The notes under the pieces are model-generated. The model saw nothing but the letters and a program-made list of their open reading frames with translations, had not been told where the DNA came from and ran no database searches. The translations under genes were made by a program, and so were the position numbers. This document shows positions 42,228 through 56,448 of a stretch of 64,000 nucleotides of DNA, piece after piece; the stretch's first letter is position 1; every line of letters begins with the position of its first letter. The DNA comes from the human T2T-CHM13v2.0 reference genome, Homo sapiens. Where the stretch lies: the NCBI RefSeq assembly GCF_009914755.1, contig NC_060937.1. The stretch is one strand, 5' to 3'.

Positions 42228-44597
42228 TTTGGTGTTTTTGTCATGAAATCTTTGCCCATGCCTATGTCCTGACTGGTATTGCTAGATTTTCTTCTAGGGT
42301 TTTTATAGTCTGGGGTTTTACATTTAAGTCTTTAATCCATCTTGGTTAGTTTTTGTATAAGGTGTAAGGAAGGAGTTCAGTTTCAATTTTCTGCATATGG
42401 CTAGCCAGTTTTCCCAGCACCATTTATAAAATAGGGAATCCTTTCTCCATTGCTCATTTTTGTCAGGTTTGTTGAAGACCAGATAATCGTAGATGTGTGG
42501 TCTTATTTCTGAGTTCCCTATTCTGTTCCATTGATCTATGTGTCTGCTTTTGTACCAGTACCATGCTATTTTGATTACTGTAGCCTTGTAGTATAGTTTG
42601 AAGTCAGGTAGCGTGATGCCTCCTGCTTTGTTCTTTTTGCTTAGGATTGTCTTGGCTATATGGGCTCTTTTTTGGTTCCATATCAATTTTAAAATAGTTT
42701 TTTCTAATTCTGTGAAGAATGCCAATGGTAGTTTAATGAGAATAGCATTGAATCTACAAATTACTTAGGGCAGTATGGCCATTTTCATGATTTTGATTCT
42801 TCCTATCCATGAGCACGCAGTGTTTTTCCATTTGTTTGTGTCCTCTCTTATTTCCTTGAGCAGTGGTTTGTAGTTCTCCTTGAAGAGGTCATTCACTTCC
42901 CTTGTTAGCTGTATTCCTAAGTATTTTATTCTCTTTGTAGCAATTGTGAATGGAGTTCATTTGTGATTTAGTTTTCTGCATGCTTTTTGGTGTATAGGAA
43001 TGCTTGTGATTTTTGCACATTGATTTTGTATCTTAGGACTGCTAAAGTTGCTTATCAGCTTAAGAAGCTTTTGGGCTGAGATGATGGGGTTTTCTAGATA
43101 TAGGGTCATGTCATCTGCAAAGAAATATAGTTTGACTTCCTCTCTTCCTATATGAATATACTTTATTTCTTTCTCTTGCCTGACTGCCCTGGCCAGAACT
43201 TCCAATACTTTGTTAAATAGGATTGGTGAGAGAGGACATCCTTGTCTTGTGCTGGTTTTCAAGGGAGATCTTCCAGGTTTTGCCCATTCAGTATGATGTT
43301 GGCTGAGGGTCTGTCATATATGGATCTTATTATTTTGAGGCATATTCCTTCAGTACCTAGTTTATTGAGAGTTTTTAACATGAAGGCATGTTGAATTTTA
43401 TTGAAGGCCTTTTCTGTGTCTATTGAGATAATCATGTGGTTTTTGTCTTTAGTTTTGTTTATGTTATGAATGACAGTTATTGATTTGCATATGTTGAACC
43501 AATCTTTCATCTTGGAGATGAAGCCAACTTGATTGTGGTGGATAAGCTTTTTGATGTGCTACTGGATTCGGTTTGCCAGTATTTTATTGACGATTTTTGC
43601 ATTGATGTTCATCAGGGATATTGGCCTGAAGTTTTCTATTTTGCGTGTCTGTTGTATCTCTGCCAGGTTTGGTATCAGGATGATGCTGGCCTCATAAAAT
43701 GAGTTAGGTAAGAGAAACTCCTTTTCAAGTGTTTGGAATAGTTTCAGTAGAGATGGTACCAGCTCCTCTTTGTACCTCTGGTAGAATTCAGCTATAAGTG
43801 GATCTGGTCCAGGGCTTTTTTTCGTGGGTAGGTATTTATTACTCCCTCAATTTCAGAACTTGTTATTGGCCTATTTAGAGATTCAATTTCTTCCGGGTTC
43901 AGTCTTGGGAAGGTGTATGCATCCAGGAATTTATCCATTTTTTCTAGATTTTCTAGTTTATGTGCATAGAGGTGTTCATAGTATTCTCTGATGGTTGTTT
44001 GTATTTCTGTGGGGTCAGTGGTGATATCCCCTTTATCATTTTTTATTGTGTCTATTTGATTCTTATCCTTTCTTCTTTATTAGTCTAGCTAGTGGTCTAC
44101 CTATTTTATTAATTTTTTTCAAAAAACCAGCTCCTGAGTTCATCTATTTTTTTGAAGGATTTTTTGTGTCTCTATCTCCATCAGTTCCACTCTGATCTTG
44201 GTTATTTCTTGTCTTCTGCTAGCTTTGGGGTTTGTTTGCTCTTGGTTCTCTAGTTCTTTTAGTTGTGATGTTAAGTTGTCAATTTGAGATGTTTCTAGCT
44301 TTTTGTTGTAGGCATTTAGTGCTATAAATTTCCCTCCGAACACTGCTTTAGCTGTGTCCTACAAATTCTGGTATGATGTCTCTTTGTTCTCATTAGTTTC
44401 AAAGGACATCTTGATTTCTGCCATAATTTCATTATTTACCCAGGAGTCATTCAGGAGCAGGTTGTTCAATTTCCATGTAGTTATGAGGTTTGGGGTGAGT
44501 TTCTTAATCTTGAATTCTAATTTGATTGCACTGTGATCTGAGAGACTATTTGTTATTATTTCAGTTCTTTTGCATTTGCTGAGGAATGTTTTACTTC
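42228..44597 (-). mobile_element. Older L1P ORF2 internal fragment (~2.4 kb), no 3' end
   Basis: Degenerate ORF2 pieces [38 protein letters not shown]; no 3'UTR or poly-A. Confidence 0.93.
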
Positions 44598-44915
44598 AAC
44601 ATAAATGAATCTCAAAAGAATTATGATAAGTGACAAAAGCCAAACACAAAAGACTGCATACTGCATGGTGACATTTATATAAAATTTTAGAAAAGAAAAA
44701 CTACAGTGTCAGAAAGCAGATCAGTGGCTTCCAAGGACAATGTGTGGGTGAAGATTGACTGCAAGGGGGCACTAGGACATGTTTGAAGGTGATGGAAATA
44801 TTATAGGTCATGATTGTAGTGGTGGTTACATGGCTGTATACATTTGTGGAAGTCATCAAATTATACTCTTCAACATGGTGAATTTTATTGTCTATAAGTA
44901 ACATTTCAGTAAGAC
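44598..44915 (+). mobile_element. L1ME/L1MD 3' end
   Basis: atgaatctcaaaagaattatgataagtgacaaaagccaaacacaaaagactgcatactgcatg...gaaagcagatcagtggcttcc. Confidence 0.85.
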
Positions 44916-45574
44916 ATCCGTGCTTTAGAGAGCTTACTTACACATTTTTGTAAACATTGTTTTAAACTTTAAGTTGCATTTGATATCTATGTCACTAAAA
45001 ACTTACGTTTAGTGTTTTATAATGGAAAAGCTTAATTAAAGGGAAACATGCTATTCTCCTTGTTTTAATAAAATGTGACTATGGGAAATCTAGTTGTTTC
45101 TGATGACACAAATGAAAAGTCCATAAACTCTTTATTGATTGCTCTGTCCAGTGCTTCTTTCTAAAACAGGATGACCAAAGGAATTGTTGAGGTCAGTTTT
45201 TTCCATAGGCTTCCTACTTAAGTGATGTAAACATAACCCTGGATACAACTGATTAGACAAGAGATCGGTATAATCAGTTATTGGCAGAAATCTGCAGGTT
45301 AGCCCCAAAGAAAACCTGACAGCCATGAGGTAGGATTTTACGTAAGAGTTCTTCCCAAATTAACTGCTTTATATTTAAAAGCAAAACAAAATCAAACCTC
45401 TTCTTTGAAGAATACAAAATACATAGAGAGAGCAAAAGTCTATAGGAAGATAGCTGAATGCCTCAATTTTTCCTCTTTCTAAACATGTACCTTTTCAGCT
45501 TTTTATCAGGTTAGTTTAATCAACTTTAAAATATTATTTTAAGTATTTTTTCAAACTTTTTAATCAAAATAATT

Positions 45575-46028
45575 AACACTATATATTAGAACAATATAAA
45601 CTGCTATATATAAAACTATATATAAATTACTATATAAATATGAAACTATATATAAACTATAAAATAAGGCAATATATAAAGACTATATAAATTTATTTTT
45701 ATATACATAAATGCATATGCATATATAATATGTAAATTTATGTGTATATCTGTATTTATATACATATATAAATTTACATGTTATACGATTTACATATTAC
45801 ACATGTTTATATACAAGTATACTTATATATGTATATATACATATATAAATTATGTATGCTGTGTAAGTATATATATAGATATATACTTATCAGCATATTA
45901 TGCTTATATGGCATATTATGTATGCCGTATAAGTATATATAGATTGATATATACTTATACGGCATACATAATTTATATATGCATACATATAAGTATATAT
46001 ATACTTATGCAGCAAACATATATACAAA

Positions 46029-46081
<53 letters not shown>
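45575..46081. repeat. AT-rich low-complexity tract with inverted repeats, ending in (TG)n(TA)n
   Basis: Alternating purine/pyrimidine tract; ~60 bp pure (TA)n to 46081; perfect hairpin 45915-45972. Confidence 0.95.
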
Positions 46082-46083
<2 letters not shown>

Positions 46084-47128
46084 CTACGTATGAGAGGAAG
46101 CAGTATAAAAGCAAAATTGAGAAAGAAGCAGAAAAAAGGGAGTCAAAGCTGGACAATGTTCTCTGAGACTGCAGGAACCCAGGCCCTGACTTCCCTCACT
46201 CAAGCAAGTCCCTCACCCAGGCTTCTCCCCCTCATAAGTACCTGGCTTTAGCTTGGCTCTGAGAAGAGACCAGAGCAGTGGAGTGGAGGCTGAAGCCAGG
46301 GGAAAGAAGGCAGCAGGCATGCCCCACACAGCAGGGGATCTGAGTAAGCCCATGCAGTAGGGTGAGAAGAAGAGTGAGCCTAGCTGGATCAGAGTTGTAG
46401 AACAGCGTCAGTGCAGAAACAGGGGTCGAGAGCAATGTGGACACCAGAATCACTGCTTTATCGTAGCTAGCACCCCTCTTTTGGTGGGGCCTGAGTGGGC
46501 AGCTGCTGCTGAGCCTATTTTCTGTGCTTTTCCAATTCCATATATCTACCTGTCATTGTTGGCTCCCTTTCTTCGTGATTCCAGTTCCTTCCATCTGTGT
46601 TTGTTCTTCCAGTTTTACAAATGAAGTGCTTTTCTCTTTTTCCTCTCAATTCAGGCTTCTCTGGTCTTTGGTTGACTTCTTACTCCTAATACAGCAAGTT
46701 TAAAGTCTTAACCTGTATTTTCTGAGGAATTTCTCAATGAATGACCTGTTGTGAGACACAGGTTTCATATTGTCAAGTCAAATGACAAATGGCCCAGTGA
46801 CTGTAACCTGCACTGCTGCCACCTCCTGAACACAACTAGAAGCACCTACAGTCTATAAAGACACTGGAGAGTTTATTATGTACTGTTTCGTGGCATCTCC
46901 TGAACCCTGCTTGGAGGTAAAGACCACTTCTTGCACATCATTATATCTGAACAGTGCTGTAACTTTTACCCAGGTATGAAACATGGAATTGTTATTTTTA
47001 TTTAATTTTCTTGAAGTAACAAGGACTTGGATTTCTCTGGTAAATCAGTTTGTCTAGAAACTAATGGGTATCTCTAGGTTCCCCTGGAAAATATCACTAC
47101 ATTTAAGCTATTTTTCATGTTTCTTTTC

Positions 47129-47429
47129 TTTTTCTTTTCTTTTTTTTTTGGGATGGAGTTTCGTTGTGTTGCCCAGGCTGGAGTGCAGTGTGCTATCTTG
47201 ACTCACTGCAACCTCTGCCTCCTGGGTTCTAGCAATTCCCCTGCCTCAGCTTCCAAGTAGTTGAGATTACAGGCATGCACCACCATGCCTGGATAATTTT
47301 TGTATTTTTAGTGGAGACGGGGTTTCTCCATGTTGGCCAGGCTGGTCTTGAACTCCTGACCTCAGGTGATCCATCCACCTTGGCCTCCCAAAGTGCTGAG
47401 ATTACAGGCATGAGCCACCACACCTGGTC
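47129..47429 (-). mobile_element. AluSx
   Basis: Full dimer; TSD tcatgttt(c/a)ttttc at 47115 and 47430. Confidence 0.95.
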
Positions 47430-47539
47430 TCATGTTTATTTTCAACATTTCAACAAATTCCTACCCAATTGTACGAAACTCCAGAATCTCTCCAAGTACT
47501 TCAAAAGCGTTGCAGAATTTAACTAATAAGTTGATTTTA

Positions 47540-48215
47540 ATTTATTGATTGTTAGAACGAAATGAGATCTTAAAGATAAGTGTTGTTCAACACTTTAATA
47601 TTACAAATGAGAATACTGTGGCTCAGAGAGTTTCACTGACTTTGCCTATAACCCTACGGTCAGTTAACGGCAGATGTGAAAGCTAAACTGAGATGTACTG
47701 AGGTCTATTCCTGTCTGTCTGTCATTACAGGAGGGCTCCTCTCTATTTAATTTTTACAATAAGATAAATTCATAGACATTTTAAGAGGAAGGAATACTAT
47801 TGACAAACCAATGACAGCTTAGTATACTGGTTCTCAGGTAGGAAGCTCCTTATATCACCAGTGGGGCTTTATAAAAAAGATCAATCTTTGAGCTTCCTAT
47901 TATCTATAGGATAAGAACACCCAAGGAAGGGTCAAGAAATCTCTACTTTAAAAATTCCCTATCATTGATTCTGATGTAGCTCCTAGTTAAGCATCACTGA
48001 AAGTAGAAAATACTAGCGACTTTGATTTCACTGGCCCTGGAATGGAATCTGAGATCTTGTACCTATTTTGTGATCTGAGGGAGTTGCTTAACTTCTTGGA
48101 CCTTCAAATTCCTCATCCATAAAAAAGAAAGCAATAGTAACTCTACAGAGATAGCAACATGAAACACTTAGCACCGTGCCTGGAACAGAGCACAGGTTCA
48201 GTAAGTATTTGTTTG
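47540..48215. mobile_element. MIR (-), MER5-like MITE (~47826-48000), MIR (+)
   Basis: ttacaaatgagaatactgtggctcagagag; tggttctcagg...tgattctgatgtagc...taagcatcactg; ccttcaaattcctcatccataaaa...acacttagcaccgtgcctgg. Confidence 0.65.
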
Positions 48216-48607
48216 CATATTGCATCATTGAAAAGACTGGAAACTCTCACATTCTTCTCTAAAAGAGACCACATTTGCCCCAGTAGTTGAAGGTAAGGGA
48301 CTGCATGTTCACAGAGACCTGAATTTTGCCATTTATTTTTTATTAATATTTGGGACAATACTCAAATTCTGTATGTCTGAGTGTTTTCTCAAAGATAGCA
48401 ATAGCATAGTGCTTGGCATATAGTCAGTATGCAATGAAGTAATATTATTATTAGAATCACTTTATTCTGCTATCTCATGAACAGGTTTTAGCAATTGATA
48501 TCTTCTCCATTTATTGTGACTAAATGAAACTAGCTACTCAGGTGTTAAATAAGATGTCATAAAATTGACATAAAGTGATCATTAGAAATTGATTTATAAC
48601 ATGCCTA

Positions 48608-48945
48608 AATTTTTTCATTGAGGTATAATTTACACACAATGAAATGCACAGATCTTAACTGTACAAATCAATGAGTTCTGAAAAGTGCATACACCCATTT
48701 AATCCATATCCCTACCAAGATACGAAATATTTCCATCACTCCAGAAAGATTTTATGTGACCCTTCTGAGTCAATCCTACCTCCCCATGCTAAACCCTTCT
48801 GCTTCTATCATCATGGATTAGTCTGCCTTTTCTGGTACTTCATATAAATGGAATCATTGAATGTGTACTCTTTCATAGCTGATTTCTTTCATTCAACGTA
48901 ATGTTTTTGGAATTCATCCATATTGCTGCATCTTTGGTAGTTTAT
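48608..48945 (-). mobile_element. L1MB/L1ME 3' end
   Basis: ttcattgaggtataatttacacacaatgaaatgcacagatcttaactgtaca...catataaatggaatcat. Confidence 0.85.
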
Positions 48946-49020
48946 GCCTTAACACACTTTTAATTGCTTAATTGGCGTATTACTTCACTGACTCCACTAG
49001 CTTCATAAGTTATTTACTAA

Positions 49021-49334
<314 letters not shown>

Positions 49335-49611
49335 ACTTTCAACTTTTTAATAAGAAACAGTAGCAATTATAGGCACAATGTTACTGATGAAGGATCATTA
49401 TCAGCTGGTGCCAGGAAAGACAATAAAACACAAGGACCATAAAATCTGACATTTGGCTATCTTGTCGCCTCAATGGGGGAAAGATTTGCCAGGTTTATTC
49501 TAATGTGATATTTTTCATACAGGTACCTCAAAATTAAAACCGGGACCACCAACATCATAAAATATCATATTTTCAAAATAAGACGAAGCCCACATTTGAA
49601 AAAATTTCTAG

Positions 49612-50395
49612 AGCAGTAGTTTTCAAAGTGGATGCCCCACGTGGAAAACAACATAGTAGATCTTCTATATTCATCTAAAAAATAAGAAAGATAATAAACT
49701 TTACTATCATTTATGAGTCCTCATGTCTGATGTTACATGAAAGAAGAGCTCCACCACTGAGAGTCACAGGTGCCCTTCTGCCTCCGTTGCTTCCAGAATA
49801 TTATAGTACATGGCATTTACATGTGCCCTTGTTGAAAGAGTTTGAGTTTGAGGATTATATGATCTAGTTTTAGTTAAACCAACCATCACAAAAACTGACT
49901 TAAAAGTAATCCCGCAAAGAACCCATGATGAAACCCACAATGCATCGTGGCAAGTGAGATAAGCACAAGGAAAGAAGGTGGTAGGTTGGCCTTCCTTCTC
50001 TCCCTAGTAAAGGCTCTGTGTCAGCCACAATATGGGCTCAAGACATTGATGGTCTCATCACACCTGAGAAGAATTTGGCAGAAGACATTTGGCATTATTA
50101 AGAAGACTTTGAAATTGGGATTTACTTTCATTATCATTAAAGATGAACCTTGGCTAAAGCTTATGTTAAGCCTTCAGATGTTAGTTAATCAGAATATACA
50201 GCCATTGTGATTAGCAAGATATTTAAAATTCCTGTTTGTCTTTGATTCATCATTGAAACTGTTCTATATTATATGTTTTAATGTACATACTATTCCATAC
50301 CTTATGTAATTTATGATTAAATCAATAGGTGTATATTTATTTATTGGAGTCACTCAAACATTTTACTGCATGGCTCTACAATCTAGTGTAACACA
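49612..50395 (+). mobile_element. hAT-Charlie DNA transposon fossil with transposase N-terminal remnant
   Basis: TIR-like cagtagttttcaaagtg; translation LKLGFTFIIIKDEPWLKLMLSLQMLVNQNIQPL*LARYLK resembles the Charlie/Buster N-terminal BED-finger region. Confidence 0.65.
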
Positions 50396-51879
50396 ACATT
50401 AAGTTATGTCTGGGTTTACTCTCCACTATGAAGTAGTCTGCCTCTGAACTACAAAGTGATGAGAAATGAGCTTAGCGGAACATTTTAACCGTGGGGATCA
50501 AGTTCACTATGTTCCAATGCATGTGTGGTTTGGTCTCAAGGACCTGCTGCACCTTGCAGCTATGCTCCTGAAACTTGGCTCACTGTAATGTAAGGGAGCC
50601 ATTCCAATGAATATAATGTTTTCTGATGCAATGGAAAACATATTTTTGAATTATACTTCCAGAAATTCACATATTCTGTTACTATCTAAATGTGTTGGAC
50701 CCTTAATAAGAGGCTCTTTAATGTCCACAACTGTGTAGATTCATGTAAAGATGTGTTTCTGTTTTGAATCTTGAAATTATGCCACCCCCATGAGCTAGTT
50801 TATTGTTTTGCTGGAAGTTTTAATGGTAGGAGGAGGGAAAAAAAGAAAATAGAGAAAGAAAAAACAGAGAAGCTTCTAGACATCAGAAGTGAAACTGGGA
50901 TTATTTTTAGGCAAAGAACAGCAGTTGATGCTATCATAATAAACCTCTGCTTTGTGTAGTGATTTTCTTCCAAAGAACTTAGAGCATTTCATACACAACT
51001 TAAGAACACTTGGTGAATCAGCACCAAAACGGATAACACAAGCTACCTGCAGATTGTTTTTTATTAATGTCTGCCTTCAGGGACTTATACCTAAAGTGGG
51101 GATTTAATTGCTCATCTGAGAAATTAGAGGGAGAGATTGAATGTAAAGAAGGAAAAACAAAAGAAAAAGAAATAGGTGGAGCAGGAGAAAGATCAAAAGC
51201 AAATATCTCAGGGTTACTTTACCCTTAACTTTATTTCCTTCTGTCTCTTTCCACCTCTACAAGACTTAATTGGCTTCTATCAGGTGATACCCAGATCCCA
51301 ATTTGGTGATTACCTTGTGCCTGTTCAGAGCGCTCCTAGTAGTTTCAAGTTTTCTCTTTCTTTAAGGTGCTGGTGCTGCCACTTGGTGGAATGTGTTTAT
51401 TCAGGGAACAAAGTATTTGCTAAGAAATATGCTTTATGTACTCACATTATAAACACTTTCAGTGTATATACTTGAGCCCTTCTAAAAATAATTCTGCAAA
51501 TGTCCTTATATAAGGTTTATATGAGACTATCTAGTGCTTAGGTACCTATTGATTTGTTTTTATATAACAGGCTCTTGTACGATAAAGCTCCATGACTCAC
51601 CACTTTTAGAAATAATCTCTTGCTGTATCTAATTGTTAATGTTGACATGCTGCTCTGTGGATCTAGTCTATTTTTTTTCATGCATTATGTGTTTGGTCTC
51701 CAATTAATGTGTTCTGTCTCAAGGTCAGAAGCTGTACTTGTTCCTTCCTTTGGTGGCGTTTACTCTGTGGAAGCTCTTTTTCATTGTTGTGATTGTATGG
51801 CGAGAATCCCTATTACCCTTCAGAAGGTATGCCGAGCCTCTTGTACATGGTGCATTTCGATGGCAGAGTCGAGCTTAAC

Positions 51880-53600
51880 TTCATGATTCATTATTTCACT
51901 CGGTTAATATTTTTGATCTCCTACTACATGCCAGGAGCTGTTTTAAACTCAACAGTAAACAGAAAAAAATTCCTGACCTAATGTGGCTTGCATTTTCATG
52001 TGGGAAGGATAGATAATAAGCAAAATAAGTCAGTTAAATATTCAGTAAAGTACTAAGGAGAACAAGGTGGCATCTGAATAAAGTCCATGAAAATGATTTT
52101 GAAATGAGGGAGCATGAAAATGAGGGAGCAAGCTATGGAACAATCTGGAAGGAAAATACTCCCCAAAGGAGACAGTAAGTACAAAGGGGTAATGCAGGAG
52201 CAAGACTGTTTTGTTCGAGGAAGAATGAAGAAGCCGGTAGGGCTAGAGCAGAAAGAGCTGCAGGAAAGGCTGCAGAGAAAAGCTCAGAAATGTAAGGGAC
52301 CCCTAGTGAAGGACCCTGTAGGTCACTAGGGGAGCCTTTTTGTTACTCTGAGGACAGAGGAAGCAAAGCCGCCTCCTTTGGCTAGGGCTGCAAGCAAATA
52401 ACCACAAACAGAGGCATCAGCAACAGAAGTTTCTTGTCTTACAGTTCAAGTCTGAAATCTAGGTGTTGGCAGGTTTATTCCTTCTGAGGGAGGTGAGGGA
52501 AAGATCTGTTACAGGCGTCTCTCATTGGCCTGCAGATGGCCCTCTGCTTGTTCTTATATATTTGTGTGGTGCTCTCACTGTACTCGAACCTGTCTCCAAA
52601 TTTCCCCTCTTTATAAGGACATCAGTCATATTGGATTATGGTCCACCTTAACGACCTCATTCTAAGTTGGTAAAGGCCCTGTCTCCAAATAAAGTCACAT
52701 TCTGAGGCAGTAGAGATTAGAACCTCAACATATGAATTTTGGGAGGAAAATTCCACTCAGTTCAACTCATAACAAAGGCCACTGGCACTTTTTGAGCACA
52801 GAAGTACCGGACCTAACTATTTAAAAGAATTAGTCTGGCTTCTGTGCTGAGAATGGAAGCTGGAATATCAGTCAGGAGGCTCTTGCAATAACTCAGGCAA
52901 GAAATGGTGGTGGGAGCAATGGATAAAGCTGATGAAAGCAGTTGTGTTCCAGATACACTGGACATTGATGGTTCTCTGGGGGATCCTATGTGGAGGGTCA
53001 GAAAAGGAGCCAAGAGTAACTGCAAGTTACCATTTTCCTATCTGAGTAGACATGCCAAGGTACAGCTCCATATACATGTCTGGGGTTCAGAGGGCAGATC
53101 CATATTCAGCAAATCGATGGTCCATGAAGCTAAGAGGCTGGAGTCTGAATAGAGGAGAGATTAAAGAGCTATGCCCCTGCCTACTTAAACATTTACAGTT
53201 TATAGCTATGGAAGGAAAACAGCAAAGAAGACTGAAAAGGAACAGCTAGAAAAGCAGTGTGAAAACTGGTCAAGTCCTGGAAATGAAGAAAAGAAAATTA
53301 TTCACAGGATCCACACAGTTAAGTGCTGCAGGAGGTCAAGTAATATGATAACTGAGAATTAACCATTGGGTCGGTCAATGTGGAGGTCATCGGTAACCAT
53401 GTGAAGAGTTTAGGTGGCAAAGAGCCAAAAGCCTGCTTGAAATGGGTTCAAGAGAAGCTGGGAACGTTGGGCTGGAAAGCATAGTCTATGTCAAGAGATC
53501 TTGTTGTGAATGGAAGGAGAGACATGGGGCAGTGGCTGCAGGGGAAAACACAGCCTATTTCTTTACTGACTGAAACAATCTAACAGGAAAAGGAAATTGA
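51880..53600 (-). mobile_element. L2 element (interrupted by MLT1)
   Basis: ttcatgattcattatttcactc tail; tctggcttctgtgctgagaatgga, caatgtggaggtcatcggtaacc, gaaatgggttcaagagaag. Confidence 0.8.
52375..52774 (-). mobile_element. MLT1A/B MaLR LTR
   Basis: gctagggctgc...ataaggacatcagtcatattggatta...tctccaaataaagtcacattctgagg...ttcaactcataaca. Confidence 0.88.
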
Positions 53601-53994
53601 TAACGCACAAAAAAACAGCATTGATCATTCTAGAAATTGCTTCAGAATATCTCTCATCTTAGCATTTTTCATTTGAAATGGGAGAATAATACCTCTTCAC
53701 TTTGTCAGGATGAAATGAAATATTACATGTAATAATACATTACAAATAATATGTTTGAAAGATGTTTGGAATTGCACATATATACAATACTTGCTGAAAA
53801 TGATACCTTGCCATATATGTGCAAATAAACATATATGTTATGGCTATTTTATATAGTTTTGTAAAAGTATATATAGGCCATTTGGGCTGAACTTATGGTT
53901 CATGGTTCTGTAGAAGATGAGCTATTTTGCATCTTTGTGGGTGCAGTTCTTCACTGATGGAAAGAGAAGCAGCTGTGACAAAGAAGACAAGAGG

Positions 53995-54150
53995 CTTGCT
54001 AATTGTGTGGCCTTGGGCATGCTATTTAAGCTGTCCAAGATTTAATTTCCTGGCCTATAAAATGGGCACAAAAATTCATACCTCAGAGGATTACTATAGG
54101 GAAACGAAAGGGTTTGTATACAAGTTTCAACATATAATAAGCATTTACTA
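53995..54150 (+). mobile_element. MIR
   Basis: tgtgtggccttgggcatgctatttaagc...tttcctggcctataaaatgggcac...tacctcagaggatt. Confidence 0.7.
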
Positions 54151-55250
54151 ACTTTTTCTGAATTACAGAAGTCAAGTCTCCCACATCAACCTGTTCCTCT
54201 TATAGGTTTCAAAATGATCTGCCAATGTTTTCCAAAGGTACTTTTCTGAACCTATGTCATTTATATGATTTTAATAGTAATAATTTAAAGAAGCCCTGGT
54301 CTTCATCATGTCTTTGAAAACTGGGGCAAAATCTTGGTCTGCGCATTGTGGCTGTATACTAAACTAGCACAGTCCCAGTACTGATACAATAAGCAGATCA
54401 TTACTGATAGCAGATCAGCTGTGTCACTATAGCTCATAAAACAATGCTGCTTCTATGAAACAAATGTCCAAGTTCAATGAGAGGCCCTATATCAGTATCT
54501 GCTACTGAAGATATTTATTATTAGTAATTTTTGCTATGGAAGAACTAAGTGTTTCTCCGCTCCCCATGCCCTAGGGAACAACTGCCCCATGTAAGTTATG
54601 GCTGATCCATTTGTTGGCTAAGCAAAAAGATGGATTTAAGTGTTCTTGGAGGCCACCACCATTACAGATTCATGAATTGACAATAACATGCCCTGAGGAC
54701 ACTGGGAAAGAGTGGAGGTAATTATTTTCTTTTCCTTTAAGGTAACTTTTTAAAGTCTATGCATCACACAAAGAGTCAATCAACACCAACTTTTATATGG
54801 TGAGATGCATATACATGTATCCTAGTTTTAGAGAGACATTTATTTAAGATAACCCAAAACTTGGGAATTAATCAACAAATTTACTAATTCTATCTAAGGA
54901 TGAATAGCCTTCTCTGAGTCATTCACAATTGAAGAGTTAAAGCTAACATCTTCTTGCTAAATTAGCCATGGAAGATACTTGACAACATGGTGCTTGCTTT
55001 ATGGGGATGATAAGAATTTTTCAAATTCAAATTTTTAGTGTGATAATTCCCTTTTATGGGTAAACCAGCGATGAGTTGGGAAGATAAATGCCACCATAAA
55101 TGCAACCTACTGATTTGGTGGTCATTTGGACAAGAATCTACATGATTGAACAAATATCAGGAGTCTTTATTTTACATGCAGCTCTAACAATTCATGAGAA
55201 CTTCAGTGATAAAAATGTCTATAATATTAGTAATAAAGTAACCAAATAAC

Positions 55251-55826
55251 TGTTGGGAAAAAACTTTACCTGGATTGCTTGGGTTTCTGTGCATCTTGTA
55301 AGCAGAGTCACTCTCTGATTGGCTTTGTTCTGGATTATCTTTCCAAGGATGTTTTTATATTAACAGCCTTAGAAGATAAAGAGACAGTGTCTCCTCCAAG
55401 ACAAAGGGCACGTTTGTTTGTAGCACTGAAGGATGGATATAGTGTCCACCTTCAGAGTAAAGGAAAGGTGTGCTTATTGCCCAGTACAATAAAGATAATC
55501 TCCCTCAAGAGCAAAGGGTAGGCATGCTTAATGCCCATTACAAAAGATTTAGGTTCCCTAAGCTCAGGGTTCCTCTCCAGTAACACAGGCCTCTGGGTGT
55601 GCAAGTATCCCTTGGCCCTCTTTGTGTCTCTATAGGAGGCTCAGAGCTTGAGTAACCAACACAAGAAAATGCTGACATTCTAACTACTGCTACTACTGTG
55701 AGTAATAAAGGCTTTTGTCTCTGATTTAGGAGTCTTGTGTCCTCTAACAGCATCCATGAGACTGTGGCAGGCTAACTTTTTAGCTTGCAAGGAGGGAAAA
55801 ATCTCAAAGCCTTCAAAGTTTTGGCA
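55251..55826 (+). mobile_element. LTR40-like ERVL solo LTR
   Basis: TG...CA termini; ctttgttctggattatctttccaaggatgtttt, gtgagtaataaaggcttttgtctctga; TSD ataac/ctaac. Confidence 0.8.
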
Positions 55827-55852
55827 CTAACATCAATATAACTGAAAGGGGA

Positions 55853-56345
<493 letters not shown>

Positions 56346-56394
56346 GAAAGCAGCTTTGATATTTAAAACAATATAGGCTGAAGGGTACTTAAAT

Positions 56395-56408
56395 TGTGTG
56401 TGTGTGTG

Positions 56409-56443
<35 letters not shown>
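56395..56443. repeat. (TG)n microsatellite
   Basis: tgtgtgtgtgtgtgagagtgtgtg... Confidence 0.95.

Positions 56444-56448
<5 letters not shown>

Noticed and set aside
45740-46156. Tyr/Ile-rich ORFs (also the TH/CV-repeat ORFs at 8719-9019 and 60798-61211)
   Set aside because: They are translations of simple repeats.
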